The notes: generated from the sequence alone by a model not told the origin. 64,000 nucleotides of DNA from an uncultured Gammaproteobacteria bacterium (GCA_964576435.1 CAZNUP010000002.1:183182-247181), one strand, 5' to 3'; shown: positions 8,879-19,540, numbered from the stretch's first letter. Translations and numbers: made by a program.

Positions 8879-9709
8879 ATGATAATAAATGGTGTGGAAA
8901 TTGGTCACTCGGATGATGTCGTGGGAGGAAGCGATCCGGTATTGGCAAAAAAGTTTTTTCCTTTTTTGGGAGATTCTTTTATTGAACATATAGCCGTAGG
9001 GGGAATTAATAACGTCTTAGAATATTTTAATAGAGCACACGATTTGGGATTTGAAGTTGGAGTACATGGACGACTGGGTGGTTTAGGGTTTACATCCGTT
9101 CCTGAGTTAGCGGTTACAGCTGCTGCCCAGTTGACGATTGCAAAAACTTCTGAACTTATTGAGCAACTTACTGATGCTAAATATATATTGGTGCATGATC
9201 CAGAATCTCGCAAGAAAGGTACTCTCCAATCTGTTTCAACTGATACTATTCGGCGAAAATTTACAGTTGAAAATCATGGCGGAATTGCCCCGGCTATAGA
9301 ATCCGCTAATAATTTACGAACTGGTGTGACTTTTGATTGGGTTCATCAGTTTGAAGATTTAGGTGGTATGGGGAGGTTTCCAGATAGTTGGACGGAAACT
9401 GTTGATTCTTTCGAAGAACTAAGTAAAGCAGAACCTGTGTTTCTCAATGAGCATGTCCCTATTGGCTTTAATAAAGATTCCTTGCCTGAGGAAGTTATAT
9501 TTAATGACGATTGTATGTCATATGTCCGTCAAATGCGTCAGAGACTTGCTGGGTATGGTCTTCGTTCCAAAAGTATCGTTTTGGAGTGTCAGTATGGTTT
9601 AGGATTTACTTACTTGGTTAACAGACCGTTTGCAGGTGCTTTTTCTGGTGATAGGATTAAAGCGGTTGAGATTAAATTTGACCGATTGGTTAGCACCGGT
9701 TTTATTTAA
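8879..9709 (+). CDS. Hypothetical protein, possibly a xylose-isomerase-like TIM barrel
   Basis: VENH, TFDWVH and VLE motifs; ATG after a TATAAT box. Confidence 0.55.
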   Translation: MIINGVEIGHSDDVVGGSDPVLAKKFFPFLGDSFIEHIAVGGINNVLEYFNRAHDLGFEVGVHGRLGGLGFTSVPELAVTAAAQLTIAKTSELIEQLTDAKYILVHDPESRKKGTLQSVSTDTIRRKFTVENHGGIAPAIESANNLRTGVTFDWVHQFEDLGGMGRFPDSWTETVDSFEELSKAEPVFLNEHVPIGFNKDSLPEEVIFNDDCMSYVRQMRQRLAGYGLRSKSIVLECQYGLGFTYLVNRPFAGAFSGDRIKAVEIKFDRLVSTGFI

Positions 9710-9733
9710 TTGGATATTTAACTTTAAAATTTT

Positions 9734-10369
9734 ATGACAGTTGGTGATGTATATAAAAGATTTGGAGTGCCCCCCAATTTGTCTGAGCATATGCTGCGAG
9801 TGGCGGGAGTGGTGGATTTCATTCACCGAAATTGGACAGGGGAAGAAATTGATTGGAATCTTCTAACAAAGATAGCCTTATTACATGATTTAGGAAATGT
9901 GGTCAAGTTCACTTGGGATAATTATGAAAAATTTGGGTTATCACAATCAGAGGCAAAATCACTGCAGCAGTTACAGCAAACTTTAATACAAAAATATGGA
10001 GAGGACGATCATGAGGCGACTAAGAAAATGCTTGAAGAATTGGGCGTGGAACAGATAGTAAGTCAAACTATTTTAGATAAGTCTTTTGGCAATTCGATAA
10101 AAACTGCAAGATCAAATAATTGGTACCCAAAAATATTGCTCTACTCGGATCTTAGAGTAATGCCAAACAACATTTCAACTTTAGACGAAAGAATTCAGGA
10201 CATACATGATAGGTATCCAAAATATAGAAATCGTGTAGATTTTTCAGAGCTGGTTAGAGCTAACTACGAAATAGAAAAAGAGATCCAGGAGCATGTTTCT
10301 GTTTCTCTTAGAGAAATAACTCAAAACACAATTAAAATAAACGAAGCATTTCTTAATTTGAATGTCTAG
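9734..10369 (+). CDS. HD-domain phosphohydrolase
   Basis: EHMLRVA, LLHDLG, DHE, YSD motifs. Confidence 0.85.
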   Translation: MTVGDVYKRFGVPPNLSEHMLRVAGVVDFIHRNWTGEEIDWNLLTKIALLHDLGNVVKFTWDNYEKFGLSQSEAKSLQQLQQTLIQKYGEDDHEATKKMLEELGVEQIVSQTILDKSFGNSIKTARSNNWYPKILLYSDLRVMPNNISTLDERIQDIHDRYPKYRNRVDFSELVRANYEIEKEIQEHVSVSLREITQNTIKINEAFLNLNV

Positions 10370-11363
10370 GATGAAGAAAAAAGTTGTTGTAATTGGCGGG
10401 GGAACAGGAACATATACTGTTTTGTCAGGTCTTAAAAAGTATCCATTGGATTTAACTGCTATTGTTACTGCCTCTGACTCTGGGGGAAGCACAGGAAAAC
10501 TCCGAGATGAATTTGGTTCACTTCCTGTTGGTGATGTTCGTATGGCTCTTGCAGCTTTATCTGATGATCCTGAAGAATCTAATTTTCTTCGAAAACTCTT
10601 CTTGTACCGATTTGATAAGGGAGATGGACTTAAGGGTCATAATTTTGGGAATTTGTTTTTGGTAGCTATGGCTGAGGTTTTGGGATCCCAGGAGCAAGCG
10701 ATCCTTTATGCATCGGAAATTTTACGTGTTAAAGGGAAGGTGCTTCCAGTTTCAGAGAGGGATTCTCACTTGGTTGCAGAATACGAAAATGGCCAATTAG
10801 TTTTTGGAGAAACTCATATTGATGAACCTGGGGACGGATTTGATGGGAAAATGAGAATAAAAAAACTTTGGATGCAACCTGAAGTTAAAATTTCTGATTC
10901 CGCTAAAAAGGCAATTTTAAATGCTGACATAATTGTCATAGGGCCTGGAGATTTATATACGAGTTTACTGGCAAATGTGGTTGTTAGTGGAGTTCCTGAA
11001 GCTATTAAAAAATCAAAAGCTAAATTAGTTTTTGTTGTTAACTTAATTGCTAAGTGGGGACAAACATTTGATTTTAATGTGTCAGACCATGTTGAGGAAT
11101 TCAAAAAATATGTGGGGAAATATCCAGATTATGTTTTAGTTAATGATAAGGCTTTACCGAAATCAATTCTTAAGAAATACGAACTGGAAAATGGAGGACC
11201 AGTTCGGGATGATCTTTTGCGGAAGAATACCCCTTATAAAGTAGTGAGGGCTGATCTTTTAGGGGAAGAAGTGATTAAAAAATCATCTGGAGATGTTTTG
11301 AAAAGAAGTCTAATTAGACACGATTCACAAAAACTTGCGCGGGTGGTTTATAATTTGGTCTAG
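10362..11363 (+). CDS. yvcK: YvcK/UPF0052 UDP-GlcNAc-binding protein
   Basis: IGGGTG, SDSGGSTG, GHNFGNL, GPGDLYTS, RHD. Confidence 0.93.
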   Translation: MSRMKKKVVVIGGGTGTYTVLSGLKKYPLDLTAIVTASDSGGSTGKLRDEFGSLPVGDVRMALAALSDDPEESNFLRKLFLYRFDKGDGLKGHNFGNLFLVAMAEVLGSQEQAILYASEILRVKGKVLPVSERDSHLVAEYENGQLVFGETHIDEPGDGFDGKMRIKKLWMQPEVKISDSAKKAILNADIIVIGPGDLYTSLLANVVVSGVPEAIKKSKAKLVFVVNLIAKWGQTFDFNVSDHVEEFKKYVGKYPDYVLVNDKALPKSILKKYELENGGPVRDDLLRKNTPYKVVRADLLGEEVIKKSSGDVLKRSLIRHDSQKLARVVYNLV

Positions 11364-11365
11364 TT

Positions 11366-12199
11366 ATGAAGCTTGGGATAGTTGGTTATGGGTATGTTGG
11401 CAAGGCTGTTGAATACGGCTTTAAGGATAGACACGAAATAATAGTTCACGATAAATTTCTTCCCTCCGAATCTTTAGAAAAAGTTGTTTCTCAATCTGAA
11501 ATCATCTTTGTGGCAGTGCCGACTCCAATGGATGCAAAGTACACAAAGATTGATCTTTCAATTGTCGATAGCGTTATTAAAGATATAACAACACTTTCAA
11601 AAAAACTTAATAAAAGACCAATTATTGTCATTAAATCCACAGTTGTTCCGGGAACCACGAGGAAGATGGGGGAGAAATATAAATATCCTGAAATTCTTTT
11701 TAATCCAGAATTTTTGACTGAAGCAAACTATTTAGAAGACTTTGTAAACGCGGATAGGATTGTTGTTGGTGGAGACAACAATCGAATTAGACAAAAGCTT
11801 GTCGATCTTTACAGGGAAAGCTTTCCAAAGACATTACTTTTTGAAACAGATCCAACAACTGCTGAAATGGTTAAGTATATGGCAAATACACTTCTTGCTA
11901 CTGAAATTGTTTTTGCTAATGAAATATTTGATTTATCAAACAAACTGGGAATTAATTATGATGAGGTTAAAACAATGGTCAAAGCTGATAGAAGGATTAA
12001 CAAAGCGCCACTTGATGTTACAACGGAGAGGGGTTTTGGTCAGAAATGTTATCCTAAAGATGCTGTGGCTTTAATGGGGCTAGCAAAGGAACATGGTGTG
12101 GATTTGTCAGTTTTAAATGCTGCTTGGAGGAAAAATTTGAAAATCAGAAAAGTAAGGGATTGGGAGGAAATTCCAGGAGCGGTTTCTAAGAAGAAATAA
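11366..12199 (+). CDS. UDP-glucose/GDP-mannose dehydrogenase family, short form
   Basis: GYGYVG, KSTVVPG, NPEFL, GFGQKCYPKD. Confidence 0.88.
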   Translation: MKLGIVGYGYVGKAVEYGFKDRHEIIVHDKFLPSESLEKVVSQSEIIFVAVPTPMDAKYTKIDLSIVDSVIKDITTLSKKLNKRPIIVIKSTVVPGTTRKMGEKYKYPEILFNPEFLTEANYLEDFVNADRIVVGGDNNRIRQKLVDLYRESFPKTLLFETDPTTAEMVKYMANTLLATEIVFANEIFDLSNKLGINYDEVKTMVKADRRINKAPLDVTTERGFGQKCYPKDAVALMGLAKEHGVDLSVLNAAWRKNLKIRKVRDWEEIPGAVSKKK

Positions 12200-12223
12200 A
12201 TTTTGGTTTTGAATATATCTAAT

Positions 12224-12721
12224 ATGTTAGAAATTGAAAAGACATTTTTAGTTAAGAAAATACCAACAGACTTGGCGAAGTTTGAATCTTTTAAAATAAA
12301 GCAGGGATATATTTCGACTGACGACTCTGTAATTCGTGTTCGGTCAAAAGGTAATAAATTTGAGTTAACTAAAAAATGGAGAATTAATCCAAGTGATCAT
12401 AGGCGCCAGGAAGAAATAAATGTGTCTTTAACTGAAGGTGAATTTAAAAAATTGTGGCAACTCGTTGATAAGTTTGTTGAGAAAACGAGATATTTAATTC
12501 CACTTGATAAAGGACTTACGGCTGAGTTGGATATTTTCGAGGGTTTAATGGAGGGTCATGCTGTTGTGGAAGTTGAATTTAAAAATGAGAGGGAAATGGA
12601 TAGTTTTAAGAAACCGGATTGGTTTGGAGAAGATATTTCCCAAGATGATGTTGGTTCAAGTAATTTTTTATCAGGGAAGAGCTTTGAGCAAATTAAGAGT
12701 TTACTTAGTGCTCGCTCTTAA
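12224..12721 (+). CDS. CYTH domain protein
   Basis: EIEKTF, QGY, RVR, EKTRY, VEVEF. Confidence 0.9.
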   Translation: MLEIEKTFLVKKIPTDLAKFESFKIKQGYISTDDSVIRVRSKGNKFELTKKWRINPSDHRRQEEINVSLTEGEFKKLWQLVDKFVEKTRYLIPLDKGLTAELDIFEGLMEGHAVVEVEFKNEREMDSFKKPDWFGEDISQDDVGSSNFLSGKSFEQIKSLLSARS

Positions 12722-13681
12722 GTTTGTAATAATTACAGAGAGAACTGTCATAAAAGGAATTGCTAGAAGTGCTCCAGGGATTCCCATTAACTGAGAGCCA
12801 GTAACTACACCAATAATTATGACGATAGGGGAAAGTCCTACAGCTGAGTTCATAATCTTTGGAACTAAGAAACTATTTTCTGCCTGCTGAATTAAAAGAT
12901 AGGCTGCTATAACGCCGATTGCTGAAACTGGAGAAACTGAGAGAGCCACAATGACTGCTGGGACAGCTGCCAAGATTGGCCCAACTGTTGGAATAATTTC
13001 TAAAATTCCTGCGATGATTGCCAAAATTAAAGCATACTCAACGCCTAAGAGTCTTAGAGCAATGTAACTTAAAATGCCAATGAAAAGGCACAAGATAAAT
13101 TGACCTCTTACCCAAGCTCCTAGTTTCCACTCAGACTCATTCGCGATCTTGCTGATGAGTTTTTGTTTATCGCTTGGGAATAGTCCTACAAAGTTCTTTT
13201 TTAATTTGGCATGTTCAAGACTTAAATAGAAACTGATAACTATGGTAGAGATTACCGTCAAAAGGCCACCAAGAATTTTTGATGAGGTTTGGATGACATT
13301 TTTACCAACAAGACCTAGTTCAGAATTAATTAGTGAATTTAAGTCTGAATTAGAAATTGGGTTACCTAAAGCATAATTTAGCTGTGAGACATAAACTGGG
13401 AAGTTAGCTGCAAGGGATCTTCCTTGAATGTTAATAAAAGGAACTAAAGGGACAATTAACAGCACTAGTGCACAAGAAAAAAGAAGGTAAAGAATCACAA
13501 TTGAAGCCGCTCTTGGAATTTTTCTACTTTCTAACTTTTCAGCAATTGGATTTAGCGTTGAACTTATAATTACTGCTATAAAGAGAGAGATAAGGATATT
13601 TTTGACTTCAAAAAGAAACCAAGCGACGACAATAATTAGGAAAGCTAAGATAATTTGATTTGAAAGAAGTTTTTTAATCAT
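12701..13681 (-). CDS. AI-2E family transporter
   Basis: IPTVGP, QQAENSFLVPKIM, GALLAIP; start reassigned to MIKK. Confidence 0.9.
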   Translation of the reverse strand: MIKKLLSNQIILAFLIIVVAWFLFEVKNILISLFIAVIISSTLNPIAEKLESRKIPRAASIVILYLLFSCALVLLIVPLVPFINIQGRSLAANFPVYVSQLNYALGNPISNSDLNSLINSELGLVGKNVIQTSSKILGGLLTVISTIVISFYLSLEHAKLKKNFVGLFPSDKQKLISKIANESEWKLGAWVRGQFILCLFIGILSYIALRLLGVEYALILAIIAGILEIIPTVGPILAAVPAVIVALSVSPVSAIGVIAAYLLIQQAENSFLVPKIMNSAVGLSPIVIIIGVVTGSQLMGIPGALLAIPFMTVLSVIITNLRASTK

Positions 13682-14060
13682 GCTTTGGCTTGAAGTCAAG
13701 CGCAAGGGAGTTGATGCAATAACGTTCTCCAGTTGGTTTTGGACCGTCTGGGAAAACGTGACCCAAGTGAGCACCACAATTAGCACAGTTGACTTCTGTT
13801 CTGGTCATTCCCAATGAGTTATCCATTTCTAATTTGACAGCTTGTTTGCCGGTTGTTTCCCAAAAACTTGGCCAACCAGTTCCAGAATCGAACTTGGTGT
13901 CAGATATGAAAAGCTCGTTTCCACAGTTGGCACAAGTATAAGTTCCGGCTTCTTGGAATTTGTTATACTTGCCGCTGCCTGGAGGCCCGGTGCCTTTCAA
14001 GAAGCAAACATATTTTTGCTCTTCTGTCAGGTTTGGGTTAAGTTGTTTGGGGGAATCCAT
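13674..14060 (-). CDS. msrB: Methionine-R-sulfoxide reductase
   Basis: KFDSGTGWPSF, HLGHVFPDGP, RYCINS. Confidence 0.97.
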   Translation of the reverse strand: MDSPKQLNPNLTEEQKYVCFLKGTGPPGSGKYNKFQEAGTYTCANCGNELFISDTKFDSGTGWPSFWETTGKQAVKLEMDNSLGMTRTEVNCANCGAHLGHVFPDGPKPTGERYCINSLALDFKPKHD

Positions 14061-14077
14061 ATCCTAATTATTATATC

Positions 14078-14953
14078 ATGGACAAAATTTTAGCCGCATT
14101 TTTAGGACTGACTTTTCTCTTTTCACCCCCGGTACCGGTATCTTTTAGTCCCCTTGCAAAAGGGGAGAACCAGAAAGAGTGGAGTAATCCCACTGTATCT
14201 AAAAACTTGGCAAATGTTGTTGACCAATCTTTAAGAGGAGCCCCTGGGAAATATAGAATTTATATTAGACATTTAGCTACCGGTGAAAGTTTTACTAAAG
14301 ACCAGAACGATGTGATTTTATCTGGAAGTATGTATAAAGCTTGGCTTGTTGCTGGAGTATTGGATGATATAAGAATTGGGAAACTTAGTGAGAATCAAAT
14401 TCTTACAGATTCAGTTGAGAATCTAAATGAATGGGCAGAACTTAAACCGGAAGATGCCGAACTTTCATCAGGAACCATGAAATTTACAGTCAGTGACGCT
14501 TTGGCTCGGATGATAGCAGTGTCACATAATTATGCCGCCTTCCTTTTGACCCGTGAGGTAGGTAATCCAAAAGTGCAAAAACTACTAAAAGATGAGAACT
14601 TAATGGATGTGAATTTCGTTAGACCTCCCACAGTTTCGCCAGCAGCGATGGCGCTTTTTTTGGAAAAGGTTTATAGGGGAGAGTTTTTTGATGATGAAAA
14701 ATATAATCAGGAATTTCGTGATCTACTTGCCTCTAATGAGCTAAATGATGGACTACCTAAACTTTTACCTAAAGATGTTCGAGTTGAGCATAAAACCGGG
14801 GAAATTAATGCGTATAAACATGATTGTGGAATTGTTTATTCAAAGGGCGGGGACTATATTATATGTGTGATGACTGAATCGAAAGTTCCACTTAAAGCTG
14901 AGGAGCAAACAGCCAAGACATCACTTGCTGTTTATAAATATTTTAATCCTTAA
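14078..14953 (+). CDS. Class A beta-lactamase-like serine hydrolase
   Basis: SMYK (SxxK), SHN, HKTG; signal peptide. Confidence 0.88.
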   Translation: MDKILAAFLGLTFLFSPPVPVSFSPLAKGENQKEWSNPTVSKNLANVVDQSLRGAPGKYRIYIRHLATGESFTKDQNDVILSGSMYKAWLVAGVLDDIRIGKLSENQILTDSVENLNEWAELKPEDAELSSGTMKFTVSDALARMIAVSHNYAAFLLTREVGNPKVQKLLKDENLMDVNFVRPPTVSPAAMALFLEKVYRGEFFDDEKYNQEFRDLLASNELNDGLPKLLPKDVRVEHKTGEINAYKHDCGIVYSKGGDYIICVMTESKVPLKAEEQTAKTSLAVYKYFNP

Positions 14954-14956
14954 AAA

Positions 14957-16612
14957 ATGATCTTTCTTATTATTTTCGCATTTCTTGCTGGAATTGTAAC
15001 TATTTTGTCTCCTTGTATTTTACCCGTGTTACCAATTGTCCTTGCTGGGGTAGTTGGGGAAGGAAAGAGACGACCTTTAGGGATTGTTGTTGGGTTTGTC
15101 CTGTCGTTTACTTTCTTTACATTGTTTTTGGCAGTAATTGTCAGAACTCTTGGAGTATCGTCTGATCTTTTAAGGAATATTTCAATTGTTGTCATCTTTA
15201 TTTTTGGAGTCAGTCTTCTTTTTTCTGGCGTTCAGGTTTACATGGAGAAACTGTTTTCAAAGTTGTCTTCCAGGGTGCCAGTTGGAAAAGGTTCTACGGG
15301 ATTCGCGGGTGGAGTAGTGATTGGGCTTTCCTTAGGACTACTTTGGACTCCATGTGTGGGACCAATTATTGCGTCTGTTATTACTTTGGCTGTTTCAAAT
15401 TCAGTTAATCTTGGGGTTTTCTTTATAACTTTTGCTTACGCTCTTGGAACTGCAATTCCAATGTTTATTATTATGATTTTTGGACGAGCAATTTTTGCTC
15501 GAATCCCATGGTTAGTTCCTAACTCAGGAAAAATTCAAAAGGTGTTTGGAGTGCTTCTAATCTTAGTGGCTTTGATGTTGTTTTTTAATTTCGACCGTAA
15601 ATTTCAAACTGTTTTACTTGAAAAATTTCCAGATTATGGGGCGGGGTTAACTAAGATAGAGGACAATAATATCGTTAAAGAACAACTAGAGAAGATAGGG
15701 GGAGTTAAACAGGCTAGTGTCACTGATAGTAAGACCATGCAAGACAATATGTTAAATCAAGCGCCGGAAATTATTCCAGGAGGTCTTTGGTTTAATTCAA
15801 AGCCACTTAAAATAAGTGACCTTAAAGGCAAGGTTGTTCTTGTGGATTTTTGGACATACACATGCATTAACTGTATTAGGACACTACCTTATATAAAAGA
15901 ATGGAATGAAAAATACGCGGACAAGGGGCTTGTCATTATTGGAGTCCATACTCCAGAATTCGAGTTCGAAAAAAACCCAGATAATGTAAAAAAAGCTTTA
16001 ACTGATTTTGGAATTAAATATCCAGTCGTTCAGGATAATAGTTATGCAACTTGGAATAACTACAACAATCACTATTGGCCAGCAAAATATTTCATAGATA
16101 AGAATGGCAAAGTGGTGTCGTCGCATTTTGGGGAAGGGGACTACACTGAGTCGGAACAACTTATTAGAAGACTGCTTGTTGAAGCGGGTGCCGATGTGTC
16201 AAAGATCCCAGTAAATTATAAAGATTATCAAATTTTTGCACAGACGCCGGAAACGTATTTAGGATCACTTAGGACACAAGGGAGAGTAGATGTAGCTACT
16301 GGATCGGCACTTCCTGATAATAGCTTTGCTCTTACGGGTGAATGGAATATTGGTGAAGAACGAGCCATACCTGCAATTGGAGCAGAACTTTTCTTCAACT
16401 TTAATGCAAAAAATGTTTATCTTGTGATGCGGACAGTTGATGGAAAACCCGGAAAAGTTGAAGTTGGTTTAGATGGACAAAATGTTCAGACAGTTGAAGT
16501 TAAAGATGACAAACTTTATCAACTTATAGACCTAAAAAATCCAGGGAAACATTTATTGGATTTGAAATTTTTGACACCGAATATTGAGGTGTACGCATTT
16601 ACTTTTGGATGA
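14957..16612 (+). CDS. dipZ: DipZ-like CcdA-thioredoxin fusion
   Basis: SPCILPVLP, WTPCVGP, WTYTCINC, TPETYLG, YAFTFG. Confidence 0.92.
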   Translation: MIFLIIFAFLAGIVTILSPCILPVLPIVLAGVVGEGKRRPLGIVVGFVLSFTFFTLFLAVIVRTLGVSSDLLRNISIVVIFIFGVSLLFSGVQVYMEKLFSKLSSRVPVGKGSTGFAGGVVIGLSLGLLWTPCVGPIIASVITLAVSNSVNLGVFFITFAYALGTAIPMFIIMIFGRAIFARIPWLVPNSGKIQKVFGVLLILVALMLFFNFDRKFQTVLLEKFPDYGAGLTKIEDNNIVKEQLEKIGGVKQASVTDSKTMQDNMLNQAPEIIPGGLWFNSKPLKISDLKGKVVLVDFWTYTCINCIRTLPYIKEWNEKYADKGLVIIGVHTPEFEFEKNPDNVKKALTDFGIKYPVVQDNSYATWNNYNNHYWPAKYFIDKNGKVVSSHFGEGDYTESEQLIRRLLVEAGADVSKIPVNYKDYQIFAQTPETYLGSLRTQGRVDVATGSALPDNSFALTGEWNIGEERAIPAIGAELFFNFNAKNVYLVMRTVDGKPGKVEVGLDGQNVQTVEVKDDKLYQLIDLKNPGKHLLDLKFLTPNIEVYAFTFG

Positions 16613-17369
16613 CGATCATATTCTTCTTTGTGTCTTCGATGGGAAGATGATATCCGGTTTCATAATCTCTTACTGCATTAAAAAATAGATCAACTGGATA
16701 CCTGTAATCTTTGCCTGGGGCGACACCAGCGTCATTTGTTATAAATTCGTTTGTGTCTGAATCATAACCGATAATTAAAACCATGTGGCGTTCTGGTCCT
16801 GGACTTGTGAAATGAGGATTATTCATGGCTTGACCATTCATCGGAGTTATTACTAAATTGCCGTTGTGTAGTTCTCTAATAATGTCGTTCGTACTAATAT
16901 TTTCTTTGTAACTGGCTCCATTAAAATTGAAATACCCCTTTGCAATTCTATCTAATGAATCCTTAGTTGATGTGTCTCTTGAATCTCCATAGTTTTCAGT
17001 TTGGTAGTTGGCAATGTCAATAATTTTGTCTCTAGTTTCCTGAGGAGTACCTAGTGTTTCGTTTCTTGCCCAAGCTACTGCCATTAAGAGTGCTGCTTCC
17101 TCACAGGCGTCTTGTTGTTTGGGATCACTCCATTCTCCGAGGGGGGCCTGGACGGTAAAAGGAACGTCTGTATTAATGACACTTTTATTTCTTAATGTCT
17201 CAATTGGGATTAGTGTTGGAGACGGGATTGGAGTGCTCGTTATGGTGGGGATAGTTTCAATAACTTCTGTGACTTGTGGTGAGAACCAATTAACAAGTGT
17301 TCCTGAGAAAACTACTAAGAAAACTGTAATAGCAGCAATAACATAGAGGCCGATGAGCAGTCTTGGCAT
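16599..17369 (-). CDS. C39-like cysteine peptidase
   Basis: QAP, ACEEAA, HMVLIIGYD, ND. Confidence 0.82.
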   Translation of the reverse strand: MPRLLIGLYVIAAITVFLVVFSGTLVNWFSPQVTEVIETIPTITSTPIPSPTLIPIETLRNKSVINTDVPFTVQAPLGEWSDPKQQDACEEAALLMAVAWARNETLGTPQETRDKIIDIANYQTENYGDSRDTSTKDSLDRIAKGYFNFNGASYKENISTNDIIRELHNGNLVITPMNGQAMNNPHFTSPGPERHMVLIIGYDSDTNEFITNDAGVAPGKDYRYPVDLFFNAVRDYETGYHLPIEDTKKNMIVIQK

Positions 17370-17400
17370 ATATAGGAGATTCTACTATAAATCAAAATCC

Positions 17401-17862
17401 TTAGTTGTTTGCAGAGAGTGTGTAGCTTACAGAAGCAGGGAGTGGTTGTTGATCTCCGTCTAATCCTTCAAGAGTGTAAGCGTTTGTTTGTTTAAAGTAT
17501 TGTGGTTGGGAATTTGCACCACTTGGAGTCAAGGTAATAATGTCATTGGATCCACCTGACCAGGTTCCTGTTTCTGTAACGGGTTGTACTGATTTTCCTT
17601 GATAAACCATTACCATAGTGTAGGTGCCACTCGTGTTATTTGAACCGTCATAATTTAAAGTGAGAGTAGTATTGATTCCAGAACAATCAGCACATGGGGA
17701 AACGCCTTTATAGACAACTTGTTGAGTATTTGAATTTGTTGGTGCAGCGGTTACAACTTGAGTTGGGGTGGGAGTGATATTTGATGCCTCTTGGCTACCC
17801 ATTCCAAATATAGCCAAAACCGAGGCAAAGAATGCTGCAATTGTTGTTAGAAATCCATTCAT
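17401..17862 (-). CDS. NlpE N-terminal domain protein
   Basis: YKGVSPCADCSGINTTLTL. Confidence 0.85.
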   Translation of the reverse strand: MNGFLTTIAAFFASVLAIFGMGSQEASNITPTPTQVVTAAPTNSNTQQVVYKGVSPCADCSGINTTLTLNYDGSNNTSGTYTMVMVYQGKSVQPVTETGTWSGGSNDIITLTPSGANSQPQYFKQTNAYTLEGLDGDQQPLPASVSYTLSANN

Positions 17863-17890
17863 GTTTTTATATTAACATGTCTTAACGAAG

Positions 17891-19477
17891 TCATTGCAAG
17901 GGGCAAATACAATCTGGTTCTCCAGGACAGGATTGGTTTTGGCAGGTTTGACTACCTGGCATTCCTCCTGGGACATTAGTGCAGGATAAACCTTGGGCAC
18001 ACGAGTATCCGTTTGATCCACATGATTGTCCACATTGCGAAATTTTTGGTGAAGGAACTGGAGTTGGAGAGGGTAATGGGGTGGGGCTTGGTGAGGGGGC
18101 TTGGGTCGGGGTTGGAGTTGGATTTGGATTTCCGCCACAATAGAAGCGCATTGGAGGAGTGGAGAAGTTTGAGAAATTGGAATCGCTTGAACAATTTACA
18201 CAAAGGGAATATGCCCACTGAGCATAATAGTTTTTAGAACCTTGGACATCGAAAGAGGTACGTTGACCCTGACTGTTATTTGCTGATACTTTTTGATTTA
18301 TGGTATCTGATTGGCCTGGGTTTGTGCCAACTTGGAACCAATAGTTGCCCGCATTACTTTGATTGGGCCACTGTAATGTAGCATTGAAAGTATTACTGCT
18401 GACTTGATTACAAGATACTAGAGAAGGCTGAGCTGTTGGGGTTGGAATACTAACCCCCGTATTTATTGTGAAGTTGACGTTACTTGCTGGAGCTGTCACT
18501 GTTGTTGATCTTGCTTGGGCAGAGTTGTTGCCGTTAACTTGCAAGGTAGCAATTATTTGATAACTTTGGCCAGTTTGTGCTCCATTCCATTGCCAGTTTT
18601 GACTGTTTGTTGGATTATTTACCTGAGCTATTTGGGTAGTAGATCCTGTTCCTGATTGTTGGGCTGTAATTATGAGAGTTGAGTTGTTATTGATTGGACC
18701 ATTAATATAGACGTTTCCTGAAATTGTGGTTGTTGATGGCGCGGGGGGAGTTGCCCTAGAAGTTAAAATCATTGTAACTGCGTTGTCACCAGCAATTGCA
18801 TTCAAACTTCCTGTGGTTCCAATTAAGGTGCCATTTAATGTGAGATCAGCTTTAACATTGTAGTCAGTGCCTTTGACTGCATTTTTCCAAACCCAACTTT
18901 GTGTGGCAGCGGGGGAGTTAAATGTTTGAGTTGTTACAAAGTTTTGAGCTGTTGCTTCTTTTGCTGAAATTGTAAGAATTGAACCACTTGGAATAAAACC
19001 GTTAATGATTGCAGTTCCTGTAACATTGGTCGTAGCTTTATCTATTAAATCTGATGGGAGGTCGTCCCAGTCGACATGCAAAGCTAAGGTAACATTTTCA
19101 GCCGGCGCAGTTGCGGTTACTGGTTCTGATTCTTTTATTTCTTTAGAACCAATCATTAGAACTGATATAAATTCATAACTTTCTCCAGCTACTGCGTCGT
19201 CCCAAGTCCATTTAGCATTATTTTCAACTGGCAAAGTTATCCCTGTTGACTGATAGTCGTCTTTTGAATTGTAGTTTTTGTATTTAATTACAACTGTTCC
19301 TTTATCAGCATCTTCTGGATCAGGTTTTAATGCGGTAAAGGTCACGGTTCCTGAAACTGGGCCGTTTGCAGCAACGGGTTCAGGGGAGGTTGGTCCATTT
19401 TTGAAGAAGAAAAGACCAACTAAAATTAGTATAACAACGGCGGCGACTCCAAATATTTTCAAATATTTTTGTGACAT
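17891..19477 (-). CDS. Surface protein with three beta-sandwich repeats, PT linker and Cys-rich tip
   Basis: N-terminal TM; three 'WxWxxAxxGxxY' repeats; (PT/PS)n linker; 8-Cys C-terminus; start reassigned to MSQK. Confidence 0.8.
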   Translation of the reverse strand: MSQKYLKIFGVAAVVILILVGLFFFKNGPTSPEPVAANGPVSGTVTFTALKPDPEDADKGTVVIKYKNYNSKDDYQSTGITLPVENNAKWTWDDAVAGESYEFISVLMIGSKEIKESEPVTATAPAENVTLALHVDWDDLPSDLIDKATTNVTGTAIINGFIPSGSILTISAKEATAQNFVTTQTFNSPAATQSWVWKNAVKGTDYNVKADLTLNGTLIGTTGSLNAIAGDNAVTMILTSRATPPAPSTTTISGNVYINGPINNNSTLIITAQQSGTGSTTQIAQVNNPTNSQNWQWNGAQTGQSYQIIATLQVNGNNSAQARSTTVTAPASNVNFTINTGVSIPTPTAQPSLVSCNQVSSNTFNATLQWPNQSNAGNYWFQVGTNPGQSDTINQKVSANNSQGQRTSFDVQGSKNYYAQWAYSLCVNCSSDSNFSNFSTPPMRFYCGGNPNPTPTPTQAPSPSPTPLPSPTPVPSPKISQCGQSCGSNGYSCAQGLSCTNVPGGMPGSQTCQNQSCPGEPDCICPLQ

Positions 19478-19540
19478 TCTTAGAACTATATACAACGAGT
19501 GTTGTCGAAACACAAGATGGTCATATGGTATCTTTAATAG

